A stretch of 37,148 nucleotides of DNA from an uncultured Collinsella sp. (GCA_938033385.1 CALHJX010000368.1:1-37148); one strand, 5' to 3'; positions 19,777-31,709 are shown, counted from the first letter of the stretch. Numbers and translations: made by a program. Notes: generated by a model not told the origin, from the letters alone.

Positions 19777-20991
19777 TTACCGTGCATTAAAAACGTAGCG
19801 GTCCAGGCGGTCGCACGCTTCCTTTACGCGCGAAAGCGGCAGCGCCAGATTCACGCGAATGTGGCAGGGCCCGTGGAACGGGCGGCCGTCCTGATATCCC
19901 ACGCCCACGCGCGCCCCCTCGTCGAGCAGCCACTGAATATCGCGGCCATGCTCGCGACACCACTCGGTGCAGTCCAGAAACACCATGTACGTGCCCTGCG
20001 GACGCGAATAGGACACGCCCTCAAAATGCCCGTCCACGTAATCGCAGAAGTACTCGATATTGCCGGCAAGCACCTGGTTGAGCTCGTCCACCCACTCGTA
20101 GCCCTGCGGCTGGTAGGCACCGATAAGCGCATGCATGGAGAGGACATTCATCTCGTTGTAGTGGGTCTTGTTGGACACGGCGCAGATGCGGTCACGCAGC
20201 GTCTCGTTGTAGACAATGTGGTAGCTGCCGACAAGGCCCGCCAGGTTAAACGTCTTGCTCGGCGCATAGAGGGCAACCGTGCGCATGCGGGCATCCTCGC
20301 TCACCGACTGCGTCGGGATGTGCTTGTGCCCCGGCAGGATGATATCGGACCAAATCTCGTCCGAAATCACCACGCAATCGTGCTGGCGATAGATGTCCAT
20401 GGCGCGCTCGATTTCGTCGCGCTCCCATACGCGGCCGCAGGGATTGTGCGGCGAGCAGAACACCGCGGCATGGATGTGGTTTTGGGCGAGCTTGTGCTCC
20501 ATGTCCTCAAAGTCCATACGCCACACGCCCTGGTCGTCGAGCTTAAGCGGGCTGTGGACAATACGATAGCCCGCGGCCTCGATGGACTTGGTAAAGCCGA
20601 TGTAGGTAGGGCTGTGGACCAGCACCGCATCGCCCGGCTGGACATACGCGCGCAACGTCGACACGACGCCGCCCAGCACGCCGTTTTCGTAGCCGATATG
20701 CTCAGGTGCCAGGCCCTCGACGCCATTACGGCGGCTCTGCCATTCGATGATGCGGTCGAAGTACTCGGGGCGCGGGTTAAAGTAGCCAAACATGGGATGC
20801 TGAGCGCGCTGAATGATGTGCTCCTGGACCGTGGGCACCGTGGCAAAATTCATGTCGGCCACCCACATGGGAATGCGGTCGAAGCCCTCGTCGGGTGCGT
20901 TCGGAGCCATGCCGGGGATCTCGCCCCAGGAGTCAACGGCGATGGAGTCCATGCCGTGGCGGTCGATAAGCGAGCTAAAGTCGTATTTCAT
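19777..20991 (-). CDS. MalY/PatB family PLP-dependent cystathionine beta-lyase/aminotransferase
   Basis: PMWVADMNF, CSPHNPCGRVW, ISDEIW, PLP lysine motif APSKTFNLAG. Confidence 0.95.
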   Translation of the reverse strand: MKYDFSSLIDRHGMDSIAVDSWGEIPGMAPNAPDEGFDRIPMWVADMNFATVPTVQEHIIQRAQHPMFGYFNPRPEYFDRIIEWQSRRNGVEGLAPEHIGYENGVLGGVVSTLRAYVQPGDAVLVHSPTYIGFTKSIEAAGYRIVHSPLKLDDQGVWRMDFEDMEHKLAQNHIHAAVFCSPHNPCGRVWERDEIERAMDIYRQHDCVVISDEIWSDIILPGHKHIPTQSVSEDARMRTVALYAPSKTFNLAGLVGSYHIVYNETLRDRICAVSNKTHYNEMNVLSMHALIGAYQPQGYEWVDELNQVLAGNIEYFCDYVDGHFEGVSYSRPQGTYMVFLDCTEWCREHGRDIQWLLDEGARVGVGYQDGRPFHGPCHIRVNLALPLSRVKEACDRLDRYVFNAR

Positions 20992-21103
20992 GCTGAGCTC
21001 CCGTGCAAAGTAGACTGTTTCGATAGGCGTTATTGTCCACCAGCGTGGGCGGTTTTGGCGCGGGGTTTGGCGCTTAATTTGACGGGTGCGGACGAATGGC
21101 TGC

Positions 21104-21841
21104 TTAGTCTTGCGCGTCGTTGACGGCGATTACGGTTAGCTGGGTTTCGTCGACCGAAAACGATATGTCAAGCCCGGCGTAAGCCAGGTGATAGACGCGG
21201 TTTGGCTCGTGCTTGCTGCCCGCGCGGCGCGGATCTTGGCGTAGAACCTCGACCAAGCCAGAAATCTTTGCGGGCGGGACCATATCCTGCAGAGCTTGCG
21301 GAAACTCAACATCGAGCTCTTGCCACGGAGCATCCTCAATCCAGCCGCCGGTCGCATCCGGGTGGCAGTCCGCAAACGGGATGTAGGGCTTGATATCGTA
21401 GATGGGCGTGCCGTCACGGAGGTCGGCCCCCAGCACATGGATGATGGGGCCGTCGGCGGTGAGCTCAACGTGATCGAGCCTTACGCAGGTAAGTCCGATG
21501 GGATTGGGGCGAAACGGGCTGCGCGTGGCAAAGACGCCCACGCGCTCGGCTCCGCCCAGACGCGGCGGGCACACAGTTTTCGACCACTTGGCATTGGTGC
21601 CGGACCTGTCCTGCGTCTTGGCATCGGCAGCTATGTCCTTAGCCGTGCCGCCGGGCGTTCCGTTTTCGAAGCGCCACAACAGCCATAGGTGAGAGAAGGA
21701 GTCCAGGCCCTCAACCGCTGCCTTGGAGGCAAATTCCGGCTCAAAGACGATGCGTCCCTGCAGATGAGGCGCCAAAAAGCTGTTGCGCGGAATGCCGAAC
21801 TTCTGCGGCAGGTCGGTATGTATGTGTGCGATAGGTTCCAT
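21104..21841 (-). CDS. trmO: tRNA m6t6A37 methyltransferase TrmO (TsaA)
   Basis: KFGIPR, GLDSFSHLWLLW, PPRLGG, GVFATRSPFRPNPIGLT, DGTPIYDIKPY, LRQDPR. Start at ATG 21841; the upstream extension in the ORF track overlaps another gene. Confidence 0.92.
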   Translation of the reverse strand: MEPIAHIHTDLPQKFGIPRNSFLAPHLQGRIVFEPEFASKAAVEGLDSFSHLWLLWRFENGTPGGTAKDIAADAKTQDRSGTNAKWSKTVCPPRLGGAERVGVFATRSPFRPNPIGLTCVRLDHVELTADGPIIHVLGADLRDGTPIYDIKPYIPFADCHPDATGGWIEDAPWQELDVEFPQALQDMVPPAKISGLVEVLRQDPRRAGSKHEPNRVYHLAYAGLDISFSVDETQLTVIAVNDAQD

Positions 21842-21908
21842 GCCGGTCATTGTACGGCATGGAGGCGTGGGGCGTTGCGCGCAATTCTTCGCCGCGGTCC
21901 TCCGTCGT

Positions 21909-21952
21909 GCAACCAACGGTTGCTTGGAAGGGCACCTGCTGCCGCGTATGCT
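21909..21952 (+). promoter_or_regulatory. Palindromic operator plus promoter of the Xre-family regulator
   Basis: GCAACC-AAC-GGTTGC (21909-21923) directly before TTGGAA-17 bp-TATGCT. Confidence 0.55.
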
Positions 21953-21982
21953 TAAGCCATCAACCAGCAGAAAGGAGCCGCT

Positions 21983-22810
21983 ATGGCCTTTGCAGAAAAG
22001 CTCATCGCCGTCCGTCGCGCCCATCACCTTACCCAGGAGCAGCTCGCCGCCAAGCTCTTCGTCACACGCCAAGCCGTCAGCCGTTGGGAGCGTGGCGAGG
22101 TCACACCGGGCATCGACATGATGAAGCTCATTGCAGCCGTAACCGGAGAACCCTTGTCTCACCTGCTCGAAATGCCCGAGCACTATTGCCAGAGCTGCGG
22201 CATGACACTCACGCCCGACGACTGCGGCACCGATGCTGCGGGCACCGCGACCGACCATTACTGCAAGTGGTGCTACGACCACGGCAAGTACACCTACGAG
22301 ACCACGATGGAGGCGATGATCGAGGACTGTGCCCCACGGCTGGCGCAAAACACCGGCGTGTCGCTCGACGAAGCCGTCTCGCTCATGGGCGCCGTCCTGC
22401 CGCAACTGGAGCGCTGGCGCACCGTGCAGGAAAACGAGGAGCGCTACGGCGCCGAGGCTCGGAAGCGCTACGGCGATGAGGCAATCGATGCAGCAAACGA
22501 AACGTTACTGGACATGGACCCTCAGACATGGAGCGACATGAAAGAACTTGAACGCGCTATTCTGGGTCAGCTCTCGATTGCCATGGGCGATGGCGATGCG
22601 AATGGAAGCGAGGCTCGCAAGCTCGTCGCGATGCATCGTCGTTGGATTGGTCTCAACTGGGGACACGAGCCCCAAGACGAAGCATACCTGGGCCTCGCCC
22701 ACGGCTATCTTGCCGACCAGCGCTTTGTTGACTACTACGACAAGCCCTGCGGCACCGGAGCCACGGCGTTTCTGGTACAGGCCATTGAGTCGTCGTTGAC
22801 GCGTGCATAG
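21983..22810 (+). CDS. Xre HTH / zinc-ribbon / TipAS-like fusion regulator
   Basis: LTQEQLAAKLFVTRQAVSRWERG (HTH_3); YCQSCGM...YCKWCY (zinc ribbon); EARKRYGDEAI...GLAHGYLADQRFVDYYD...GATAFLVQAI (TipAS-like). Confidence 0.85.
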   Translation: MAFAEKLIAVRRAHHLTQEQLAAKLFVTRQAVSRWERGEVTPGIDMMKLIAAVTGEPLSHLLEMPEHYCQSCGMTLTPDDCGTDAAGTATDHYCKWCYDHGKYTYETTMEAMIEDCAPRLAQNTGVSLDEAVSLMGAVLPQLERWRTVQENEERYGAEARKRYGDEAIDAANETLLDMDPQTWSDMKELERAILGQLSIAMGDGDANGSEARKLVAMHRRWIGLNWGHEPQDEAYLGLAHGYLADQRFVDYYDKPCGTGATAFLVQAIESSLTRA

Positions 22811-22861
22811 ACCGCGGCGGCTTTGGGTATTTCAATCGAAACCTCAACCGATTGGAGACCC

Positions 22862-23107
22862 ATGGCTACTGATCATGAGCTCGTGCTCTACGTTATGACC
22901 GGCTGCCCGTATTGCATAAAGGTCAAGCGCTTTTTGGCCGATAGCAGCGTGACCATTCCCGAACGCAATATCTCGACCGATACCGAAGCCGAGCAGACAC
23001 TCATCGCCGTCGGCGGAAAACGCCAGGTTCCCTGCTTGTTCATCGACGGCAAGCCGCTCTACGAGTCAAGCGACATCATCGCATGGGTGCAGGAAAACCT
23101 GCTCTAG
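22862..23107 (+). CDS. Glutaredoxin-like protein
   Basis: CPYC active site, QVPCLFIDG, YESSDII; ATG 22862 after GGAG. Confidence 0.92.
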   Translation: MATDHELVLYVMTGCPYCIKVKRFLADSSVTIPERNISTDTEAEQTLIAVGGKRQVPCLFIDGKPLYESSDIIAWVQENLL

Positions 23108-23114
23108 TGCAACA

Positions 23115-23170
23115 TAGTCATTGGGGACGTTCATAAATGACTAGTCGTTAAAGAACGTCCCCAACGACTA
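23115..23170. repeat. REP-like imperfect palindrome, copy B
   Basis: TAGTCATTGGGGACGTTCATAAATGACT|AGTCGTTAAAGAACGTCCCCAACGACTA; near-identical to 768-825. Confidence 0.85.
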
Positions 23171-23171
23171 A

Positions 23172-24125
23172 CTAGTCGTTGAAGCGAGCTGTGGGTGCAA
23201 GCGGCTGTTCGCGAAAGACGCGCTCGACGGCAGCGCGGTATTCGTCGACCTTTTTGGTCTTGCGTACGATCTTGTGGACGGTAGCGGGATCAGCGAAAGC
23301 GCACTTGGCGTAGAACCACCACTCCTTCATGCGGAAGACCGCATTGCCGCCAATCTCTTCTGCATATGCCGCAAACAGCGTGTCGTGGAAGCGCTGCAGC
23401 TCAGCAGCCGTTGCAGCAGGGCCGCCCTTGACCATGCGAGCCAGAGCGGGGTTCGCGAGCAGGCCACGCCCCAACATCACATGGCGCGTGCCGGGATAGG
23501 CCTCCACCAGCGCGTCCATATCCTCAAGATCAAAAATGTCACCGTTATAGGCCACGGGGAACGGCACACGCTCCAGCGTCTCGCCATAAAACTCTTTGCG
23601 CGGCGAACCCGTATAGCGGTCCTTTTGCACGCGCGGATGCACAATGAGCTCTGCCAACGGCATGCGGCAATACAGATCGAACACGCGCTCGTATTCGTCG
23701 TCATTCTCCAGCCCCAGCCTGGTCTTTACCGACACCGGCAACGGCGACCGCTCGCACACATCGCTTAAGAACGCCTCGAGCTCGTCGAGATTGCGCAAGA
23801 AGCCCGATCCTTTGCCCTTGGCGACAACCGTTCCCGAAGGACAACCCAGGTTGAGATTGACCTCGCGATAGCCCATGTCGGCGAGCACCTGCGCCGCCCA
23901 CACAAACTCGTCCGCGTTCTTGGACATCAGCTGAGGCACCACGTTGAGCCCCTGGTTATTGGCAGGATCGATCTCCTTAAACGCCTTGCCGCCAAAGCGA
24001 TTTCCCACCCGCGGCGGCGGCAAAAACGGCGTGTAATAGCAATCGAGCGCACCGAAGCACTCCGCATGCACGTGACGGAACACATGCCCGGTAATCCCCT
24101 CCATGGGGGCCAACGAAAGGATCAT
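23172..24125 (-). CDS. dus: tRNA-dihydrouridine synthase family protein
   Basis: LAPMEG, NLNLGCP, GKGSG, VSVKTRLG, IVHPR, YNGDI, MLGRG motifs. Confidence 0.93.
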   Translation of the reverse strand: MILSLAPMEGITGHVFRHVHAECFGALDCYYTPFLPPPRVGNRFGGKAFKEIDPANNQGLNVVPQLMSKNADEFVWAAQVLADMGYREVNLNLGCPSGTVVAKGKGSGFLRNLDELEAFLSDVCERSPLPVSVKTRLGLENDDEYERVFDLYCRMPLAELIVHPRVQKDRYTGSPRKEFYGETLERVPFPVAYNGDIFDLEDMDALVEAYPGTRHVMLGRGLLANPALARMVKGGPAATAAELQRFHDTLFAAYAEEIGGNAVFRMKEWWFYAKCAFADPATVHKIVRKTKKVDEYRAAVERVFREQPLAPTARFND

Positions 24126-24150
24126 CTACTCTTCTCTCATATCAACGAAC

Positions 24151-24177
24151 GTGACAAAGGGACAGTCCCTTTGTCGC
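24151..24177. repeat. Single REP-like hairpin unit, copy D
   Basis: GTGACAAAGGGAC-A-GTCCCTTTGTCGC; same GGGAC(A/T)GTCCC core as the right arm of copy C. Confidence 0.7.
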
Positions 24178-24178
24178 A

Positions 24179-27433
<3,255 letters not shown>

Positions 27434-27585
27434 GGACGGCAACCTCTCCCGCGCGGACATTCTGCCCGCTCTCCCCCGCCGTTCGTATTCGACGCGTTTG
27501 TCCTACTCTATCCCCATTTTTTACCAGCGCCAGTGAGGAATGTAACGAACGGCGCCAAAAAACGAACGGGATGGCACCCAAAAGA

Positions 27586-27607
27586 AGAGGTCCCGAGCGG
27601 GACCTCT
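27586..27607 (-). terminator. Intrinsic terminator
   Basis: Minus strand AGAGGTCCC-GCTC-GGGACCTCT followed by TCTTTT. Confidence 0.8.
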
Positions 27608-27610
27608 ATA

Positions 27611-27623
27611 TGGTGGAGCTTAT
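27611..27623 (-). mobile_element. Possible att-site remnant resembling the 3' end of tRNA-Ala/tmRNA
   Basis: Minus strand TAAGCTCCACCA, 3 nt before a terminator, with no T-arm or tRNA body upstream. Confidence 0.5.
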
Positions 27624-27686
27624 CTTGAAAGGTAGCGGACTACTTCGCACAGCGGCGCACGATCCTCGCTATGCTTTACGCGTTTT

Positions 27687-28658
27687 TTACTGCTCGCTAT
27701 TTGCAATCGCCTGGTCGATAAGTTTGTCGAGTGCTGCGCGCTGCTCGGCGGAGCTGATGGCTCCCACGATTGGATCCCCTACGATGTTGCCATTCTGATC
27801 GATGACATACGTTGTCGGGAACGAGAACAAATTTGACGTAAACTTACCGGCCTCGCTATCCGACTTGAACCAGATGTTCTTATACGTCACGCCCTTCTTG
27901 CTCAGCACGTCCTTGGCATCTGCAATCTCGCCCTTGTTGCCATCGAGCGTAAAGGAATTGACGCCCACGACCTGGCCGCCCTTCTTGGCAAGCTCCTTAT
28001 TCAGTTTCTCAAGGTCGCCCAACTCACCCACGCATGGCTTGCAAGTGGTGAACCAGAAGTTCATGACGGTAACCTTGTTCTTAGAGAACAGCTCGTCGCT
28101 GTTCACGTCGTTGCCATCCAGGTCCTTGCCCGTAAAGCTGGGGAACTTCGTCGCCTCGCTCGAAGCATTGGCACCAGCCGTCATGCCAGCGGTCGAAGCG
28201 TCGACGCTCTCGCCTGCACTCGGCGTGTTTCCACAGCCGGGGAACTCCTTCTCCAGGCTCTCGAGCTTGTCCTCGATCTCCTTGATCTGCTGTGCACCGG
28301 CCTTGAGTGTCTTAAGCTCATCCGCCGTGAACTCATCCTTGGCGCCGTCGATGGTCTTGAGCAGAAAATCGCCGTAATTGCTGCCGTCCTCAATCATTGT
28401 CGAGTCTTTATTTGCCGCATTGAATACCTTTTCCCACAGCGCGTTATCACTCGAAAAGATCTCGTTCTCCTTCTGCATGAGCTTCGCATACAGCTCGGCG
28501 GCCTCGTCGGCATTGGCCGGCTTCTGCGCAGTGAGTTCGGCGATCTTAGGATCGGAGCTCGCAGATTCGCTCGCATTGCCACCGGGCGCCGAACATGCCA
28601 CAAGACACAAGGCCAATACCGGCACCATAAACAGGGCCGCAATCTTAGAAAGCTTCAT
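27687..28658 (-). CDS. TlpA/ResA-like thiol-disulfide oxidoreductase lipoprotein
   Basis: Lipobox LVAC, helical N-terminal domain, thioredoxin fold VMNFWFTTCKPC and FPTTYVIDQNGNIVG. Confidence 0.9.
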   Translation of the reverse strand: MKLSKIAALFMVPVLALCLVACSAPGGNASESASSDPKIAELTAQKPANADEAAELYAKLMQKENEIFSSDNALWEKVFNAANKDSTMIEDGSNYGDFLLKTIDGAKDEFTADELKTLKAGAQQIKEIEDKLESLEKEFPGCGNTPSAGESVDASTAGMTAGANASSEATKFPSFTGKDLDGNDVNSDELFSKNKVTVMNFWFTTCKPCVGELGDLEKLNKELAKKGGQVVGVNSFTLDGNKGEIADAKDVLSKKGVTYKNIWFKSDSEAGKFTSNLFSFPTTYVIDQNGNIVGDPIVGAISSAEQRAALDKLIDQAIANSEQ

Positions 28659-28687
28659 AGTCATTCCTCCGTTTTGTCGAAGCTTGT

Positions 28688-29590
28688 TTACTTTTTATCG
28701 GCGGTCAAGGGGAGCTTTTCCGCCGACACATCCAGGCCATAGCGATAGCTGATGGCATCGACGGGACAGGCCCCGATGCACTTTCCGCACCGGATGCACT
28801 CGGCATGATTGGGCGCGCGGACCACATCAACGTCCATCTGACAAACCTTTGAGCACTTGCCGCACGAGACACATTTGCATGCGTCAACCCGAATCCCCAG
28901 TAGGGACACCCTATTCATGAGCGCATAGAATGCGCCGAGTGGACAAATCCATTTGCAGAAGGGGCGGTAGAACAAAACGCTCAGCACTACCACGGCAATG
29001 AGAACGGCAAGTTTCCAAGTAAAGAGATGTCCCAACGCAGATCGAATGCCGGCATTGGCAATGGCCAGCGGAATGGCACCCTCGAGCACGCCCTGCGGAC
29101 AGACGTACTTGCAAAAGAATGGATCCCCCATCCCCAGGTCGTTGACCACCAGCACAGGCAGCAATACCACGGCAAACAGCAGCACGACGTACTTGATGTA
29201 TGTGAGCGGCTTGAGCTTTTTCGTGGAGAACTTTTTGCCGGGAATCTTATGAAGCAGCTCCTGCAGCCAGCCAAACGGGCACAAAAACCCGCATACAAAA
29301 CGTCCCAGCAGCACGCCGAGCAAAATGAGCGTACCGGTAACGTAGTAGGAGAAGTTAAACTTGGATGAACCTACCACCGACTGGAACGACCCGATGGGGC
29401 ACGCACCCGATGCCGCGGGGCACGAATAGCAATTAAGTCCAGGTACGCAGACTGTTTTTCCCGCGCCCTGATAGATGCTTCCTTTGGCAAAGTTTGGCAG
29501 GTGAATGTTGGTGATGAGCGTTGCCGCCGCCTGAATGAATCCGCGAAATCGGGCCAAAACATGCGACGCAGTGTTTTCTCTTTTATCCAA
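28688..29590 (-). CDS. Membrane 4Fe-4S binding protein (NapH/MauN-like)
   Basis: CYSCP, GRFVCGFLCPFG, FCKYVCP, FCKWICP and two C-terminal ferredoxin-type motifs. TTG start at 29590 overlaps the stop of the upstream peptide. Confidence 0.9.
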   Translation of the reverse strand: MDKRENTASHVLARFRGFIQAAATLITNIHLPNFAKGSIYQGAGKTVCVPGLNCYSCPAASGACPIGSFQSVVGSSKFNFSYYVTGTLILLGVLLGRFVCGFLCPFGWLQELLHKIPGKKFSTKKLKPLTYIKYVVLLFAVVLLPVLVVNDLGMGDPFFCKYVCPQGVLEGAIPLAIANAGIRSALGHLFTWKLAVLIAVVVLSVLFYRPFCKWICPLGAFYALMNRVSLLGIRVDACKCVSCGKCSKVCQMDVDVVRAPNHAECIRCGKCIGACPVDAISYRYGLDVSAEKLPLTADKK

Positions 29591-29729
29591 TTCCGATACA
29601 CTCCAAGCACAGCCTAATCGCTTTGGCCAGCACGGCATCCGCCTCGCCACGCATAACGCCAAAGCACACCATGGCAATTCCGACGATCAACAAAGCGACC
29701 TGTACCACGGGTTTTACCGCTTTGAACAA
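29583..29729 (-). CDS. 48-aa membrane peptide with C-terminal CXXC (CD1871A-like family)
   Basis: Hand translation after GAAAGGAG: MFKAVKPVVQVALLIVGIAMVCFGVMRGEADAVLAKAIRLCLECIGIG*. It is below the ORF-track size cutoff. Confidence 0.88.
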   Translation of the reverse strand: MFKAVKPVVQVALLIVGIAMVCFGVMRGEADAVLAKAIRLCLECIGIG

Positions 29730-29785
29730 CCCAACCACTCCTTTCGTTACGCGACCATTAGACCATATCGACTATAAAATCCGTG

Positions 29786-29801
29786 TTAAGCGCGATTTGA
29801 A
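29786..29801. promoter_or_regulatory. Putative OmpR/PhoB-family tandem binding site
   Basis: TTAAG-N6-TTGAA (11-bp period) in the short spacer between the divergent redox operon and the two-component genes. Confidence 0.45.
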
Positions 29802-29819
29802 ATGTGCAAGGAGACTGTT

Positions 29820-30494
29820 ATGCGTATTTTGATCGTCGAGGACGAGCGGGCGCTGTGTGACGCAATCGCGCGCAGCTTGCGAAACTTGGCGTACAGCGTC
29901 GACTGCTGTCACGACGGACAGGAAGCGCTCGACCTACTGGACGTTGAGGCCTTCGACCTCGTGGTACTCGACCTCAACCTTCCCCGTATCGATGGCATGA
30001 CCGTGCTCAGGTGACTTAGGAAAACCGACTGCGAGACCAAGGTACTGATTCTGTCCGCGCGTGGCGAAGTATCCGATAAAGTCGACGGACTCGATGCCGG
30101 CGCCAACGATTACCTTACCAAGCCGTTTCATCTGGACGAACTTGCGGCAAGGATCCGCAGCCTTACCCTCAGGCGCTTCGCACAAAGCGACATAGTATTA
30201 ACCTGTGGAAAGCTCCGCTTTGACACCAAGGCGCGCATCGCTTCCGTGGACAGCGAGGCTTTATCTCTTACACGCAAGGAAACGGGAATCTTGGAATACC
30301 TGATGCTTAATCAGGGGCGTCCGGTAAGTCAAGAGGAGCTTATCGAGCACGTTTGGGATAGCAGCGTGAACAGCTTTAGCAACGCAACCCGCGTTCATAT
30401 CTCGTCGCTCCGCAAAAAGCTACGCAGCGCTTTGGGATACGACCCGATTCGCAATCGGATTGGAGAGGGCTACGTTATGGAGGATAGCGAATGA
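29820..30494 (+). pseudogene. OmpR/PhoB family response regulator interrupted by one in-frame TGA (codon 65)
   Basis: MRILIVEDE...LVVLDLNLPRIDGMTVLR-TGA(30012-30014)-LRKTDCETKVLILSAR...GANDYLTKPF...LTRKETGILEYL...RVHISSLRKKL...IGEGY, all in one frame. Confidence 0.88.
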
Positions 30495-31642
30495 AAAGGC
30501 TTTCGCTGCAATGGCGCATAACGATTATGACGGCACTGCTGACGTGTGCGGCGTGCGTGCTGACGAACTGCCTGGTCGGCTATACGGGCATGCGCTATAT
30601 GGAAGCCATCGGCAGTGACATCTCGGCCTTTAACGCAACTGGCGAAAATTCGCCCCAGGCGTTCGACCCAACGAAAGCGACCCTCGATGACGAGGTCACG
30701 ATCGTCGTAAACGACGCACAGGAGTCTTTTGGCACGACAGCCTGGTACATCACGGCTGGAGTCACACTCCTTGGCGGCGCGCTGGCATACTTTGTGAGCG
30801 GCCGTGCACTCAAACCGCTACGGGCTTTTGCAGCCCAGGTTGAGCGTGTGCAGCCTGACAACCTAAGCGAAATCAGGCTCAGTGAAGATGTGCCCATCGA
30901 GCTACAACGATGCAGCGCCTCTTTCAACGACATGATCGCCCGTCTTGGCGAAGGGTTCTCTGCACAGCGTCAGTTTACCGGCAACGCCGCACACGAGCTG
31001 CGCACCCCGCTCGCCCTTATGCAAGCACAGATTGAACTATTCATCTCCGAGCACTCCGGTTTGCAACCCGAAACAGCCGAGCTACTCGGCCTGCTACAAG
31101 AACAAACCGAGCGCATGTCTCGAATGGCCAAGGTATTGCTCGAGATGAGTGAGCTCCGCAGCGTTCCTTGCGAGGACGATGTGGAGCTTGGCCCCTTGTC
31201 CGAAGAGGTCCTCACCGACCTTGCGCCACTTGCCGAAAAAAGGGGCATAGCCCTCAATTGTGCTGGAGACGCTCTAGTAATCGGGAGCGACACGCTCCTC
31301 TATCGGCTGGTGTTTAACCTGGCCGAAAACGCTATCCGCTATAGCCGCACCGACTCGAGCGTTACCGTCTCCATCTGCGACAACGACAGCCACGTGTTCC
31401 TGCGAGTCGAGGACCAGGGCCCGGGAATACCCAAGCAGTACCGTGAGAGCATCTTCCAACCGTTCTTTCGTCTAGACAAATCCCGCAGCAGGGCATACGG
31501 CGGCGCAGGACTCGGGCTAGCGCTCGTTTGGGAGATTGCAGCTCTTCACAGTGGCGCCGTAGAGGTCGAAACAAGTTCTGAGAACGGGACCACCATGCTC
31601 GTAAGCCTTCCAAAACGATTCGCAGCGTCAACCGAACAGTAA
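30491..31642 (+). CDS. HAMP-domain sensor histidine kinase
   Basis: Two TM helices, HAMP, AAHELRTPL, NLAENAIRY, DQGPGI, GAGLGL; overlaps the regulator stop. Confidence 0.94.
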   Translation: MKRLSLQWRITIMTALLTCAACVLTNCLVGYTGMRYMEAIGSDISAFNATGENSPQAFDPTKATLDDEVTIVVNDAQESFGTTAWYITAGVTLLGGALAYFVSGRALKPLRAFAAQVERVQPDNLSEIRLSEDVPIELQRCSASFNDMIARLGEGFSAQRQFTGNAAHELRTPLALMQAQIELFISEHSGLQPETAELLGLLQEQTERMSRMAKVLLEMSELRSVPCEDDVELGPLSEEVLTDLAPLAEKRGIALNCAGDALVIGSDTLLYRLVFNLAENAIRYSRTDSSVTVSICDNDSHVFLRVEDQGPGIPKQYRESIFQPFFRLDKSRSRAYGGAGLGLALVWEIAALHSGAVEVETSSENGTTMLVSLPKRFAASTEQ

Positions 31643-31709
31643 AACGAAAGGGGTCCCGAGCAACAGGGGTACAATTGCTGCATTGTTGCCAGCTGTTGGG
31701 AGATGGAAG

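Noticed and set aside
21842..22405. 188-aa N-terminal extension of TrmO in the ORF track
   Set aside because: It overlaps the Xre regulator on the opposite strand; family similarity begins at MEPIAHI (21841).
27611..27690. Intact tRNA-Ala or tmRNA gene
   Set aside because: Only the terminal ~10-12 nt match; there is no T-arm (GTTCGA) or cloverleaf upstream on the minus strand.
30012..30060. Selenocysteine recoding of the response-regulator TGA
   Set aside because: The position is not a Cys/redox site in receiver domains and no convincing SECIS-like hairpin follows. A nonsense mutation is simpler.
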